Positions 46,723-57,303 of a stretch of 64,000 nt of DNA are shown here, piece after piece. The stretch's first letter is position 1. Each line of letters opens with the position of its first letter. Source of the stretch: a virus; the IMG/VR virus record IMGVR_UViG_3300027741_000025, positions 1 to 64,000 of that record; one strand, given 5' to 3'. The notes beneath the pieces are model-generated. The model saw nothing but the letters and a program-made list of their open reading frames with translations. It was not told the origin of the DNA and ran no database searches. Both the position numbers and the translations under genes were made by a program.

Positions 46723-46781
46723 ATTTTACTCTCTATAATATAAGATTTCTTTAAAACTAAGATAGTAAAATCTGAGACAAT

Positions 46782-47117
46782 CTATGACTCAGAAACTGAA
46801 GGAAAAAGAATCCATTTTATTTGAGATTCATCCCAATAATAGTTTTGTCCGTCGATTGGATAAGCTATGGGACTTTCCCACAAACAAGTCTGTTCATTTA
46901 AAATCCAAGAATTAAAAGGTTTAATTGGAATAAAAGCATCTAATGCTTTATCATATTTTCCGCCAATAGAAGCATAGTTTTTTCTTATGCTGTTTGTATA
47001 ACTTGTTTGTATCCAATTTTTTGGATCTCCTAAAAACCCGCTGTCTATAAAATCCTGCTCTGCTACTATTACTCTTAAAATATTTCCATCATTATCAATT
47101 TCTGCAAAATGACTCAT
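46782..47117 (-). CDS. Small partner protein of the Gly-rich fibre
   Basis: [30 protein letters not shown]...WE.P pattern, typically found after Gly-rich phage genes. Confidence 0.75.
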   Translation of the reverse strand: MSHFAEIDNDGNILRVIVAEQDFIDSGFLGDPKNWIQTSYTNSIRKNYASIGGKYDKALDAFIPIKPFNSWILNEQTCLWESPIAYPIDGQNYYWDESQIKWILFPSVSES

Positions 47118-49630
47118 GTTAAATACCTCACTATTACTATTCCGGATCCACCATGGGCAATTCCTCCGCCTCCACCACCTCGATTAATACCGCCAGCTGT
47201 CCCAGCATTAGAATTTGTATTTCCACCACCACCACCACCGACACTACCAGCCCCAGATACGTGTTCTCCGTTACCACCACCACCCCCAGAGTATGCGGTG
47301 TTGATTCCGTTTATTAATGAATAGCCACCTTTTCCCCCCGCCCCTCCAACTCCTTGATTATTCCCGGTTCCCGAACCTCCTGCACCACCGTACCCGCCAC
47401 CACCTCCGCCCGCTATCCAATTGCCCCATCTGTTGTTTCCACCCACTCTACCCTGCCCCGAAGTACCAGCGCCTGCACAACATCCTCCTTTAAATCCTGC
47501 TCCACCCCCAGAACCACCACGGTTACCGTTGTTGCTCCCACCCTCTCCATCACCTCCACCGCCGCCACCAATGGCTCTTAGAGTAGTAAAAACAGAATCG
47601 CCTCCATTGCTAGATTTTGCACCACCTGCACCAACAACAACGGGAACCGTTGTATCGGCTAAAAACGTGTATGTAGAAGAAACAAATCCACCACCACCGC
47701 CGCCGCCGGCGGCTCTTAGGTTTCCACCACCACCACCACCCCCGATCAATAACACCTCTACATCAAGAGGTTGAGAAGTATATATCTGCAAAGTTCCACT
47801 AGTTTTAAATGTATGAATAGTGTAGCCCCCTGAGTTTGTTACCACCCCTCCTACTGCATAAGGTTTTAAAGTAGCAGTAGGCGTTGGTGTGGCGGTAGCA
47901 GTAGGCGTTGGTGTCTTAGTAGGAGTTACTGTAGCAGTAGCAGTTGCTGTTGGTGTGGCAGTAGCAGTAGCTGTTGGCGTCTTAGTAGGAGTTGGTGTAG
48001 CAGTAGCTGTTGGTGTCTTAGTAGGAGTTACTGTAGCAGTAGCGGTTGCTGTTGGTGTGGCAGTAGCAGTAGCTGTTGGCGTCTTAGTAGGAGTTGGTGT
48101 AGCAGTAGCTGTTGGTGTGGCAGTAGCTGTTGGCGTCTTAGTAGGTGTTGGTGTAGCAGTAGCTGTTGGTGTGGCAGTAGCTGTTGGCGTCTTAGTAGGA
48201 GTTGGTGTAGCAGTTGGTGTTGGTGTAGCAGTTGGTGTTGGTGTCTTGGTTGGTGTGACTGTGGGTGTAGCAGTTGGTGTTGGTGTCTTGGTTGGTGTAG
48301 TTGTCGATGTTGGTGTGGCAGTTGGTGTTGGTGTATTTGTAAGTGTGACTGTGGGTGTAGCAGTTGGTGTTGGTGTCTTGGTTGGTGTAGTTGTCGATGT
48401 TGGTGTCTTGGTTGGTGTGACTGTGGGTGTAGCAGTTGGTGTTGGTGTCTTGGTTGGTGTAGTTGTCGATGTTGGTGTATTTGTCGATGTTGGTGTATTT
48501 GTAAGTGTGACTGTGGGTGTAGCAGTTGGTGTTGGTGTATTTGTAAGTGTGACTGTGGGTGTAGCAGTTGGTGTTGGTGTCTTGGTTGGTGTAGTTGTCG
48601 ATGTTGGTGTGGCAGTTGGTGTTGGATAAGTAAAACCTGGAAGTGTTTCAGTTAGAGTTGGAGTTGGAGTTGGAGTTGGAGTTGGAGTTGGACCCAAAAC
48701 CTCTTCTACAAGATAGCTGCACCATGGACAATGAATGTTTCCTGGAAGGAATGCTCCCCCAACCTCTGCCAGGTGTTGTTCCACATATTCAAATGTTGCA
48801 TCGCATACCTCTGCCGCCACTTCAAAAAAAACTATAGTATCTGTGTCGTACTGATAGCTCCAGTCAGGATTATAATCTGCTGTATATTTAATTATTTTTC
48901 CTAAAACATGAAGTGGAGGCTCCTGTCCACTTAATTGTTTTCTTGCACTACTTATTTTTAGTGAATCAGTTAATTTAATTACAAAACTATTGATCGATGA
49001 CGAACACCTAACTTTAAAATATGCTACTTCTGGTGTTGTAGTGGGTGTTGTAGTGGGTGTTGTAGTGGGTGTTGTAGTGGGTGTTGTAGTGGGTGTTTCT
49101 GTTGGTGTAGGAGTAGGTGTAGGCGTAGGAATCAAAGGAAATCCCAAATCATAGCCAACAGAATTACTTATAAATAAATATATTTTATCTTTTTGTAAAA
49201 TAGAGTTTATTAATATAGTTGGATTCCAAACAAGCAAAGATAAACCAGATTCAGACTCTTTATAAACTTCAGATATTTTGTTCTGGATTGTAGGATCCAA
49301 GTTATTTAAATTGAAATTTTCATCATTTCTATAAGTAATAAATTGATATTTCTTTGAAACATAACTAGTTTGATCTGCTATATATGTATTTATATCTATG
49401 TTATATGAATAAAATCCAAAGGGTTGACTTATAATATAGTATGTTTTTCCATCAATTAAATAATTGAAATTTGATATTTGAGCGGGCTGCCAAGAAAGAA
49501 TAGAAGAACCAAGATTAGATTCTGTTTTTATGTAAAGTATTTTGTTTTTAATCTCCTCTGGTAAAGAATTTAGATCGAAAATCTCCCCAGAATAAGAAAA
49601 AAATTGATTTATTTTTGTTACAATCAACAT
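47114..49630 (-). CDS. Fibre/adhesin-like protein: BP74-like domain, long PT stalk, Gly-rich C-terminal domain
   Basis: FVI.L.D....ARK..YNP.WS..FFE...[19 protein letters not shown]...CPW; [22 protein letters not shown]. Confidence 0.75.
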   Translation of the reverse strand: MLIVTKINQFFSYSGEIFDLNSLPEEIKNKILYIKTESNLGSSILSWQPAQISNFNYLIDGKTYYIISQPFGFYSYNIDINTYIADQTSYVSKKYQFITYRNDENFNLNNLDPTIQNKISEVYKESESGLSLLVWNPTILINSILQKDKIYLFISNSVGYDLGFPLIPTPTPTPTPTETPTTTPTTTPTTTPTTTPTTTPEVAYFKVRCSSSINSFVIKLTDSLKISSARKQLSGQEPPLHVLGKIIKYTADYNPDWSYQYDTDTIVFFEVAAEVCDATFEYVEQHLAEVGGAFLPGNIHCPWCSYLVEEVLGPTPTPTPTPTPTLTETLPGFTYPTPTATPTSTTTPTKTPTPTATPTVTLTNTPTPTATPTVTLTNTPTSTNTPTSTTTPTKTPTPTATPTVTPTKTPTSTTTPTKTPTPTATPTVTLTNTPTPTATPTSTTTPTKTPTPTATPTVTPTKTPTPTATPTPTATPTPTKTPTATATPTATATPTPTKTPTATATPTATATPTPTKTPTATATATPTATATATVTPTKTPTATATPTPTKTPTATATATPTATATATVTPTKTPTPTATATPTPTATLKPYAVGGVVTNSGGYTIHTFKTSGTLQIYTSQPLDVEVLLIGGGGGGGNLRAAGGGGGGGFVSSTYTFLADTTVPVVVGAGGAKSSNGGDSVFTTLRAIGGGGGGDGEGGSNNGNRGGSGGGAGFKGGCCAGAGTSGQGRVGGNNRWGNWIAGGGGGGYGGAGGSGTGNNQGVGGAGGKGGYSLINGINTAYSGGGGGNGEHVSGAGSVGGGGGGNTNSNAGTAGGINRGGGGGGIAHGGSGIVIVRYLT
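47868..48695 (-). repeat. Mosaic Pro/Thr coding repeats
   Basis: [12 protein letters not shown] and TVTLTN units. Confidence 0.9.
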
Positions 49631-49641
49631 ACACTCTCCAG

Positions 49642-51516
49642 CTAGGCGATGGTCACATTCCCAGAAGAAAATGTACCCGTATATTTTTTACCATCATAAA
49701 TTAAATCAAATGTATCTCCAACATAACCAGAAGGTATATTGGCTACTGCGATCTGAGAAGATTCCAAATAGATATGCATCACAGAAGGAATGCCTAAAGC
49801 TTCAATATAATTAAATATTAAAACGCATGGTTTTGTTAAACTTGTAATATTCATACCAGCCAACTCGCCAAAATAATAATTATTTAAAGAATCATATTTT
49901 GTTAATAAATTTTTATTATAGTGAGATGTTGAGCTACTTATATTAAAATTACCATCTATAAGCGATCCACTATAGGTTACCCCATCTACTATTAAAACAA
50001 ACGGTTTGTTCAAGTAGCCACCACCTAAATAATCAATGCTAGCTACTGTACTGCCGTCAAATATTAAATTCATGGTGGCACCACTGCCAGTTGTCGATTC
50101 ATTATATGCAATTCCAAGCACCATTCTATCACATACAACGGTAGCCCCGGTTTCGCGAGAATCTAAACAACCCCAAATAAAATGTCCTGGTATCTGGCAC
50201 TTTTCATCTGTTGGGGGAAAGTTTGCATCACAATTACCATATAAATAAGAAAGCTGGATTGCCTGAGTTATTGTTGGAGTGGGTCCAGGAGTTTCCGTGG
50301 GTGTAGCTGTTGGTGTTGCTGTAGCGGTTGGTGTAGCTGTTGGTCCAAGTGTCTTTGTTGGTGTAGCTGTTGGTCCAAGTGTCTTTGTTGGTGTTGCTGT
50401 TGGTCCAAGTGTCTTTGTTGGTGTTGCTGTTGGTCCAAGTGTCTTTGTTGGTGTTGCTGTTGGTCCAAGTGTCTTTGTTGGTGTAGCGGTTGGTCCAAGT
50501 GTCTTTGTTGGTGTTGCTGTTGGTCCAAGTGTCTTTGTTGGTGTAGCTGTTGGTCCAAGTGTCTTTGTTGGTGTTGCTGTTGGAGGATAAGTAAATCCTG
50601 GTGGAGTTGCTGTTACAGTAGGAGTAGGTGTGGCCGTCGGTGTTGCCGTGCCGGTTGGCGTAGCTGTTGGAGGATAAGTAAATCCTGGTGGAGTTGCTGT
50701 TACAGTAGGAGTGGGTGTTATCACCAACGTCCCAGTAACTACTTCAAAGTCCACAACTATTTTATCCGTAGTGTTTATTGAAGAAGATAAAGTGAAACTT
50801 CCTGAACTTGCATTTTCTGTGAAGCTAACTTTTTTCCAAGACGAGATAGTTATCAAACTATTATTGTCTGATACCACAGGATAATAAGAAGCATTCTCCG
50901 ATGCGCCAAGTATTCTTGATCCATTAATATACACTCGTAATGATCCTGGCTTAAATATATATTCAACATAGTACTTATTAGAATCAGATAACATCGGTGC
51001 TACTTGGTAGAAATGTTGATGATAATCAGTAGGTATCGCCAGATTCGCTCTTACTACGTTGTCATTCAGATCCCAGGTAACACCATTGGAATTTTTAAAT
51101 ACTAAATTTCCATTATCGACAACACCCAAGCTAACATCATATTTATTTTTAAATTCCACAGTTAAGGCAGATGCTATTTTTAATCTTTCTTCATCTGTCA
51201 TTCTCACAAATCCACCACCATCTATATGGTCAGATATATGATGCATAGACAGGTCTACTGCATTCTTCTTCAGAGTCCCATCTTCGTTTAAAGAAACAGC
51301 CAGCCTGGCAAGAAGATCTCCGATATCCACACCTTGTGTTTGTAATATGGATATAAGATTGTTTACTTGTTGAGATATTATCTCGTCTCTTTTTGCCAGA
51401 GACCTTAGGGGTTTATTGTCGTATTCCCAATGATACGGATCCCCAGGCTGATAAAAAGGAGTGTTTTGGTTACTTAAATTTAAATGCTTAAAAGATTTCT
51501 CGTCGTTATTCTGCAT
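49642..51516 (-). CDS. Tail fibre-like protein with PT repeats and a duplicated C-terminal domain
   Basis: YHWEYDN.PL..L..RD; SLRVYING; ([10 protein letters not shown])x8; two M....VA.....GY....F.LI.DG..Y.G....GN..I units. Confidence 0.7.
   Translation of the reverse strand: MQNNDEKSFKHLNLSNQNTPFYQPGDPYHWEYDNKPLRSLAKRDEIISQQVNNLISILQTQGVDIGDLLARLAVSLNEDGTLKKNAVDLSMHHISDHIDGGGFVRMTDEERLKIASALTVEFKNKYDVSLGVVDNGNLVFKNSNGVTWDLNDNVVRANLAIPTDYHQHFYQVAPMLSDSNKYYVEYIFKPGSLRVYINGSRILGASENASYYPVVSDNNSLITISSWKKVSFTENASSGSFTLSSSINTTDKIVVDFEVVTGTLVITPTPTVTATPPGFTYPPTATPTGTATPTATPTPTVTATPPGFTYPPTATPTKTLGPTATPTKTLGPTATPTKTLGPTATPTKTLGPTATPTKTLGPTATPTKTLGPTATPTKTLGPTATPTKTLGPTATPTATATPTATPTETPGPTPTITQAIQLSYLYGNCDANFPPTDEKCQIPGHFIWGCLDSRETGATVVCDRMVLGIAYNESTTGSGATMNLIFDGSTVASIDYLGGGYLNKPFVLIVDGVTYSGSLIDGNFNISSSTSHYNKNLLTKYDSLNNYYFGELAGMNITSLTKPCVLIFNYIEALGIPSVMHIYLESSQIAVANIPSGYVGDTFDLIYDGKKYTGTFSSGNVTIA
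50338..50584 (-). repeat. 30-nt coding tandem repeat x8
   Basis: GTTGGTCCAAGTGTCTTTGTTGGTGTWGCK units on the + strand. Confidence 0.92.
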
Positions 51517-51558
51517 AGAGATATATATCGTCTACATATAAAAAATGGAGCCAGAAAA

Positions 51559-52032
51559 CTATAGAAAATTAATTCGCCAATTCCATGTTATCTGCATATT
51601 TTCAGTCTTGGTCAGGTCTGGAAATGTCACCATACTGTATAAATCTCCGCTATTCATTTCTAAAGCCATTTCACTTAAAACCCTTCCGTTTATCTCTGAG
51701 TATTTTATAACGGATGTAAAAACAACCTGTGATGATATTGAAGGATCTATATTGGCTATTATAGGCTTGGATATTACTTTATTTCCAAACAATGCGTTTC
51801 TACCTCCATCTACTATCTTTGGAGAAGAGTTCAATGTCCCTCCATCTCCAAATATCATTTTAGAAACATAAAAGGAGTAAATATCACCTACTTCGTTAGC
51901 CAAACTCATGGCTAATGCTTCTTTTCCTTTATTCAAAATTGTGTTTTTCATTGTATAAAAAACTTTATTTTTATTTAAATCTTCTATGCAAACGTCAACA
52001 AAACCTTGAATTTTCTGACTTTCTTCTTTCAT
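51559..52032 (-). CDS. Baseplate/tail-collar-like protein
   Basis: N.I...G...LA..FGDGG..N...SEMAL...LYS..TF...K......W.I. Confidence 0.65.
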   Translation of the reverse strand: MKEESQKIQGFVDVCIEDLNKNKVFYTMKNTILNKGKEALAMSLANEVGDIYSFYVSKMIFGDGGTLNSSPKIVDGGRNALFGNKVISKPIIANIDPSISSQVVFTSVIKYSEINGRVLSEMALEMNSGDLYSMVTFPDLTKTENMQITWNWRINFL

Positions 52033-55000
52033 ATTTCTCCCTTTTCTCTGAATCCTTCTAAAGTTGTTATTTCGAAGCTAATGCTTTCTTTTTGGGACAT
52101 ATAGTGATTGACACCAGAATTATCTGTTGGGCTGACGATTTCTTTTCCACTTCTGTCTACTGAAAACTGTGCTTGCGGCAAACTCAAATAATCTTCATCA
52201 ACAACGGCGTTAGTTTTCATGTACTTATAAATCTCCACTTCCATCTCAACGCCTTCTGTTCCAAAATTTTCAAAAAGACCAGCCAACCAGATTGTTTTGC
52301 CATCTATCTCTGAAATAAAATAGTAATTATCCCCAGAATTCAAATTTATATATGGATCATCATAAACTTCTTTTACTAAAATCGAAAAATCTTCTTTAAA
52401 ATTGTCAGAGATAGTCTTCACAGAAGAATCACTATTTTTACCATTAACTATACTTAAAGTTTGCTCAAGATTAGTAGGGCAATCTGCTTTCAGACCTACA
52501 TAGGCAAAATATCCTTCAGAAGAAGGCAGCAATATCTGCCTATACTCTAGATTGGTTGAACCCAAGTTGCTTCCATTGTAAGTATCTATGTATAAAATAT
52601 CCTCATCCTCAGAATAACCCACTATTTTACACAAATAGTCATCGCCCCCAACAGTAAAGAATACATAGTTATTATTTCTATTTAAAATAGACATACCTTC
52701 TGTATTATTAAATTTGATTTTTGATCTATTTGAATGTCGAATATTACAAGTGCTGGTTGCGTTTTCATTATTAATTTCTACAGCATCTAAGTTTTTGTCT
52801 AAAATAGAGTATGTTTTGTTTAATAAGTTTCCCGTTATCAAATTATTATTGTTGCTTAACAATAATTTATTGTTTGGTAAAATTTCTATTATGTCAAAAT
52901 TATAGTAAGACCCACCTATATTGATTCTCACATAGCACCCAGCAGTTGGTAACGGCGTAGGCGTCGGTGTGTGCGATCTTGAGACGGTTGCTATGTTTAA
53001 ATCTTTGAAAGAAACACTGTTGTCTGAAAGTTCTACAATATCATCTTTTGTTACAAATTCTGTGTCGTAACTAAAGAGTTTATTATATAATTTAAAATTA
53101 AAAGGTGCCACGTTAAGTGGTTCCATCGCATCCGTGACAACAACGAAATTCCCAGATCGTGATACACGATACCCACCAGAATTTAATCCCGATGTGACTT
53201 CTATATGACAATTTTCCGATATTGGTATGTCGGCAAGATTTAAATCACCACTAAATAAAACTACTTTTTCATTGTAAAAATTTAGTCTACCAGAGAACAC
53301 TAGTTCTTTAGATGCCATGTCACTTCTTATTTTCAGCTGGTTCATTAATTTATTTCTATAAAACCATTGTTGTGTGGCGCCAGCTATAACCGACTCTTGG
53401 CTTGTGTTTTCAATCAATACATCGTAGTCTTCAATTGGCGGCGTAACAAATTCGTTTTGCCCACCATATAGGTTTATAGTTTTTAATATTGAGTGAAAAG
53501 GAGTATTTTCTGCAATTATACTTTTAACTTCTGATATTCTATCATTCGATAAACTTTCTACTTCTAAGTCTATATCAAATTTTCCACTCCTGCAGTATGA
53601 GCAAGAATCTAAAAAGTCTTTATCTATGTCGCATGGATCTAAACTGTCTCTCATACTGCCATTATATTCATCCATGTTATAAACATTTTCACTGTATGGA
53701 AACTCTGTTCTTATTTTGCCAAAAACTATGTTTTTAACAAAAGGATGCCTTTTAGTTAGTATTGAACTAACCATTGGATCACGCTCGGATATAAGTCTAG
53801 TATTCCAGTTTTTCAAAGGGATGGTTAAAACACTCTGTCCATCAACAATAGTTTTTTCTTCCCTTTCATCTATGAGTTGAAGATTTTTTATATAAGTATC
53901 AACAGATTCCTCTGATAAGGAGGGAATTTTAAAATAATATAAGAACCTTATAATATCTCCCGGAACTAATCCCACACTACTAGAAACTTGAGCAAAATAT
54001 TCGCCATATTCATTTTCTATAATCTCGATATTGTGTGTGTCACCATTGGATATATCGACACTTATTGTTTCTGTGCTATTATTTTTTGTTAAATATATTT
54101 CAAAGTAATCAGTAGTTAAAGAAGCTGGTTTTTTAGACAGTTTAAAAGTATTTGTTTCCAAAACAAAAAATGACTCTTGTGTGAAAAAAGGAGATGTTAT
54201 TTGCCAAAAATTTTCCAAACTTATGAGCCGCATCCCAGCCTGTGAAAAACTATCCTTTAAAGATCCAATTGTTCCTTTCTTTTTATAAAGGGGAACTGCT
54301 TCTTTTATTTGTCTTCTCCATAATGTTGGATCTTGACTCTTTAATTTAACGTCGAGTGTATTGCTTAGGTAAGTTATCATATACTCACCCACAGCGTTAG
54401 AATCTAGAAGATCTACAATTTGATTTCCGATATCTTCTAAAACAGTAAATCCTTCAGCAACAGAGCTGTTGAATTTTTGAATAACATCTGGTGATCGATC
54501 TGTGTCGGTAAGCATGATTTTGTACATTTCCGGCAAGTATCTGTCCAGAAGTGTTTCATATTTACCAGGAGTGGTGTGATGCGTAGGTGATGTCGTAGAC
54601 AAAGCATTCGAAGATCTGAGATTAAATTTAATATTATCTGAAAATACACTGCTTGATACTTTTGGCATCCAGCTCCAACATATAAAATAATCTCCCTCTC
54701 TCATCCCTGTGGGATCCCATGTGTATTCAAAATGCCCAATAGAATCAGTCTTTTTTATCAAGCTATTCGCCAGATCCCCAGAGAACCATGCTGGGAATTC
54801 CGCAGTACCCACAGTTTTAACAGATATAACACCTTTGTAATAAAAGGTATCCGAATACACAGGATCGTTTGTAGATGTTTCACTAAACTTCAGAGAAGCC
54901 CCAGCTAAAGTTTTAGAGGCAGGATAAGAAAGTATTATTGATGTTTCATTTAAAACATACGAAATAGTAGTCCCTATCTTTATCCCATCTCCTTCAACCA

Positions 55001-55274
55001 ACATTCCAACTTTTAAATTTGTATTATATGTGAGATTGCTTATTTTCCTTGAATCAGAGTTTAAATCTCCTGTTATAACTAACGAAGGATTTTGTTTTAT
55101 TTCAAAATTATATTCTTTTTGTTCTGTGTCTCCAAAATCTCTTTCAACAAAGTATATCTTTACATTTTCAACTTTATATGGATCTATTAAATTATTATTT
55201 TCATCTGTTATTTTTAAATTAAACAGAATGTTATCCGCAACAGATGGATTTTGATCTATTGTTAAAGTTTTCAT
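52029..55274 (-). CDS. Baseplate wedge protein (P2 gpI / T4 gp7-like)
   Basis: YLPE.Y, YL...L, R.QIK.A..LYKKKGT..SL, P.H; follows gp6. Confidence 0.7.
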   Translation of the reverse strand: MKTLTIDQNPSVADNILFNLKITDENNNLIDPYKVENVKIYFVERDFGDTEQKEYNFEIKQNPSLVITGDLNSDSRKISNLTYNTNLKVGMLVEGDGIKIGTTISYVLNETSIILSYPASKTLAGASLKFSETSTNDPVYSDTFYYKGVISVKTVGTAEFPAWFSGDLANSLIKKTDSIGHFEYTWDPTGMREGDYFICWSWMPKVSSSVFSDNIKFNLRSSNALSTTSPTHHTTPGKYETLLDRYLPEMYKIMLTDTDRSPDVIQKFNSSVAEGFTVLEDIGNQIVDLLDSNAVGEYMITYLSNTLDVKLKSQDPTLWRRQIKEAVPLYKKKGTIGSLKDSFSQAGMRLISLENFWQITSPFFTQESFFVLETNTFKLSKKPASLTTDYFEIYLTKNNSTETISVDISNGDTHNIEIIENEYGEYFAQVSSSVGLVPGDIIRFLYYFKIPSLSEESVDTYIKNLQLIDEREEKTIVDGQSVLTIPLKNWNTRLISERDPMVSSILTKRHPFVKNIVFGKIRTEFPYSENVYNMDEYNGSMRDSLDPCDIDKDFLDSCSYCRSGKFDIDLEVESLSNDRISEVKSIIAENTPFHSILKTINLYGGQNEFVTPPIEDYDVLIENTSQESVIAGATQQWFYRNKLMNQLKIRSDMASKELVFSGRLNFYNEKVVLFSGDLNLADIPISENCHIEVTSGLNSGGYRVSRSGNFVVVTDAMEPLNVAPFNFKLYNKLFSYDTEFVTKDDIVELSDNSVSFKDLNIATVSRSHTPTPTPLPTAGCYVRINIGGSYYNFDIIEILPNNKLLLSNNNNLITGNLLNKTYSILDKNLDAVEINNENATSTCNIRHSNRSKIKFNNTEGMSILNRNNNYVFFTVGGDDYLCKIVGYSEDEDILYIDTYNGSNLGSTNLEYRQILLPSSEGYFAYVGLKADCPTNLEQTLSIVNGKNSDSSVKTISDNFKEDFSILVKEVYDDPYINLNSGDNYYFISEIDGKTIWLAGLFENFGTEGVEMEVEIYKYMKTNAVVDEDYLSLPQAQFSVDRSGKEIVSPTDNSGVNHYMSQKESISFEITTLEGFREKGEI

Positions 55275-56836
55275 TGAATTTGTTCGTACTGGAAGTTTAA
55301 GGTAATAATTCCCGGTCTAATTATTTCATTGAATTTAGGAGCAATAATTGAAACACCACCTGCTTCCATATCATTTTCATTTGTAAAAGAAACCTCATAA
55401 TGATCTGGCTCCTTTATATCAGCTAATTTTTTAATAACATCTACGTCTCTTATTGTTTTTCCATAATCCCAATTACTTAACAAAAATAGATCCAATAATC
55501 TTCTTGTAATTTTTTCTCTCATTTCATCTTCAAACTTTCTGTAGAGCCTATCTATAAAAATATCCACAGAAACATCAACCAACACTACTACGCCATCTCT
55601 TATGCAAACAAAATCCGTTATCATTTTATTTGCTTCTATATAAGTTTTAAGTTCGTCTTTAAGTTGATCGCTTGCTTTTTCTAAAGTTTGTTCATCTTGC
55701 TTTGCCAGAATATAAAGATCTACTATATTTGCTGAGCAACCATAATTTCTTAAAGAAGCAACAGATTTTCCAATTTGTCCTTGATAAGGACTTACGAATT
55801 GTTCAGATAATGTTTTATAATCCAGTCCTGTAACAGCTCTATTCTGAGTCCTAAGATATTGAGGAAGCTTTCTTCTTATATCATCTATTGTGTCGCCATT
55901 ATACCCAAACTGCCCTTTGGTATAATTATTAAAAGTAACTGGAACGCTAATCTCATAATTAGGAGGGTTAATTATAGTTTGGGTACTAACACTACCAGCA
56001 ACAATATTACCTATGGATCCGCCGCCGGTCCTATACGTTACTGATACTTGAGATCCTTGCGAAGGCAAAAGCCCGGCTCTATTATTTCCAAATATAATAT
56101 AAGCAGTATAGGTAGAATCAAATTCAACTCTATACTCTCTTCTTGGTTGAGAATCTGTAAAATATTCTACTTCATTCCATCTAACTCCATCAACTGAAAC
56201 TCTAATAGAATCATATATTACAGGGAAGTAACCTAAAGCAACAGTTTGACCAACTTGACCCGTTCCATCTATAATATCGTTTCGAGTCACTCCTTCAAGA
56301 CCAACAACGCTTGCATTAACAAAACTACCAGCAGGTATAATTATATCGTCATCAAGAACGGGATTATTATCGGCATCTGAAGGGAACAATTCTATTCTTA
56401 TAATTCTATCCCCACTAACTGTTTCTATATCGAATGGTGTTGGTATAACTAAATCGAAATCTAATGCATTATTAATTGTTGCTGTCCAAAGAGATCTTGC
56501 GCTTATTGGTGGTTGGGGTTTAAAGCCAACCAATTTGGATAATCTGAATGCATTTTCTAATTCTGTTACTGTGTCTATGAATATTTCATTTGCAATTTGA
56601 TCCATCTTGAAACTTAGAGTATCTGCTATAAATGCCCAGTTCTCTATGAGCATAATTGCAATCGAGGATTCTACAAAGTCGTTAAATTCCGTGGAGTATT
56701 TTTGTCTTATAAACTCCACCAACCTAGTCTTCATAGACCAGAAATCTTGGTTTGTATAATTTAAATTAAAAATATTAGGTTTTTTAATAGTTTGTGATTG
56801 TGCGTACGGCGTTATATCAAATGGACAGTTGCTCAT
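55271..56836 (-). CDS. gp6: Baseplate wedge subunit, T4 gp6 / baseplate J-like
   Basis: NYT..DF...K..L, NDF.ESS, ANE.FI.T, FG....G..P, YR.GGG..GN, QNRAVT..DY. Confidence 0.9.
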   Translation of the reverse strand: MSNCPFDITPYAQSQTIKKPNIFNLNYTNQDFWSMKTRLVEFIRQKYSTEFNDFVESSIAIMLIENWAFIADTLSFKMDQIANEIFIDTVTELENAFRLSKLVGFKPQPPISARSLWTATINNALDFDLVIPTPFDIETVSGDRIIRIELFPSDADNNPVLDDDIIIPAGSFVNASVVGLEGVTRNDIIDGTGQVGQTVALGYFPVIYDSIRVSVDGVRWNEVEYFTDSQPRREYRVEFDSTYTAYIIFGNNRAGLLPSQGSQVSVTYRTGGGSIGNIVAGSVSTQTIINPPNYEISVPVTFNNYTKGQFGYNGDTIDDIRRKLPQYLRTQNRAVTGLDYKTLSEQFVSPYQGQIGKSVASLRNYGCSANIVDLYILAKQDEQTLEKASDQLKDELKTYIEANKMITDFVCIRDGVVVLVDVSVDIFIDRLYRKFEDEMREKITRRLLDLFLLSNWDYGKTIRDVDVIKKLADIKEPDHYEVSFTNENDMEAGGVSIIAPKFNEIIRPGIITLNFQYEQIQ

Positions 56837-56859
56837 AATGTTAATATAGTTTTTAATTT

Positions 56860-57276
56860 TTAAGTTAGTGGAATCTGTAATCTTAATTCTTGCACCTCAG
56901 ATATCTGTTCTGGGTCCACAAATGTTATTTTAATATACAAGATGTTATCTACGTCTTCTCTTGGATCCATTGGATTCAAGCTGCTATTCGGAGTTTCCCT
57001 GGAAACTTCTATCTGACTAACTGCTATTCTTGGCTCCCACGTAGATATTGCTTCTGCTATCATGTTTTGTGCCATAGTTTCCAGCGCTGCGTCGTTTTGT
57101 TCAAATATCAACCTCTTTAGAGGTGTTCCATAATCAGCAAGAAAAACGCGTTCTCCTGGATTTGTTAATAATAAAGATAACAAATCTGATTTTATTTGAG
57201 AGACTCCGCTCTGAGTTCTAAAAAATCCAAGTGGATTTTTTATTACAGGATATGGTAAACCAAGAAAATTAGCCAT
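56860..57276 (-). CDS. gp25: Baseplate wedge subunit gp25-like
   Basis: LLLTNPGER....YGT.L..LIFE...I..WEPRI. Confidence 0.92.
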   Translation of the reverse strand: MANFLGLPYPVIKNPLGFFRTQSGVSQIKSDLLSLLLTNPGERVFLADYGTPLKRLIFEQNDAALETMAQNMIAEAISTWEPRIAVSQIEVSRETPNSSLNPMDPREDVDNILYIKITFVDPEQISEVQELRLQIPLT

Positions 57277-57303
57277 ACACTATATAAGCTTATATTTTTT
57301 TAT

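Noticed and set aside
47889-48629. Val/Gly/Ala-repeat ORFs on the + strand (also 13877, 15716, 50279) and the HQQ-repeat ORF 50268
   Set aside because: Antisense or off-frame shadows of the Pro/Thr coding repeats
50338-50584. 30-nt periodic repeat (and those at 1-245 and 20571-20649) as a CRISPR or other guide array
   Set aside because: Units abut with no unique spacers, are multiples of 3 and lie in frame within proteins
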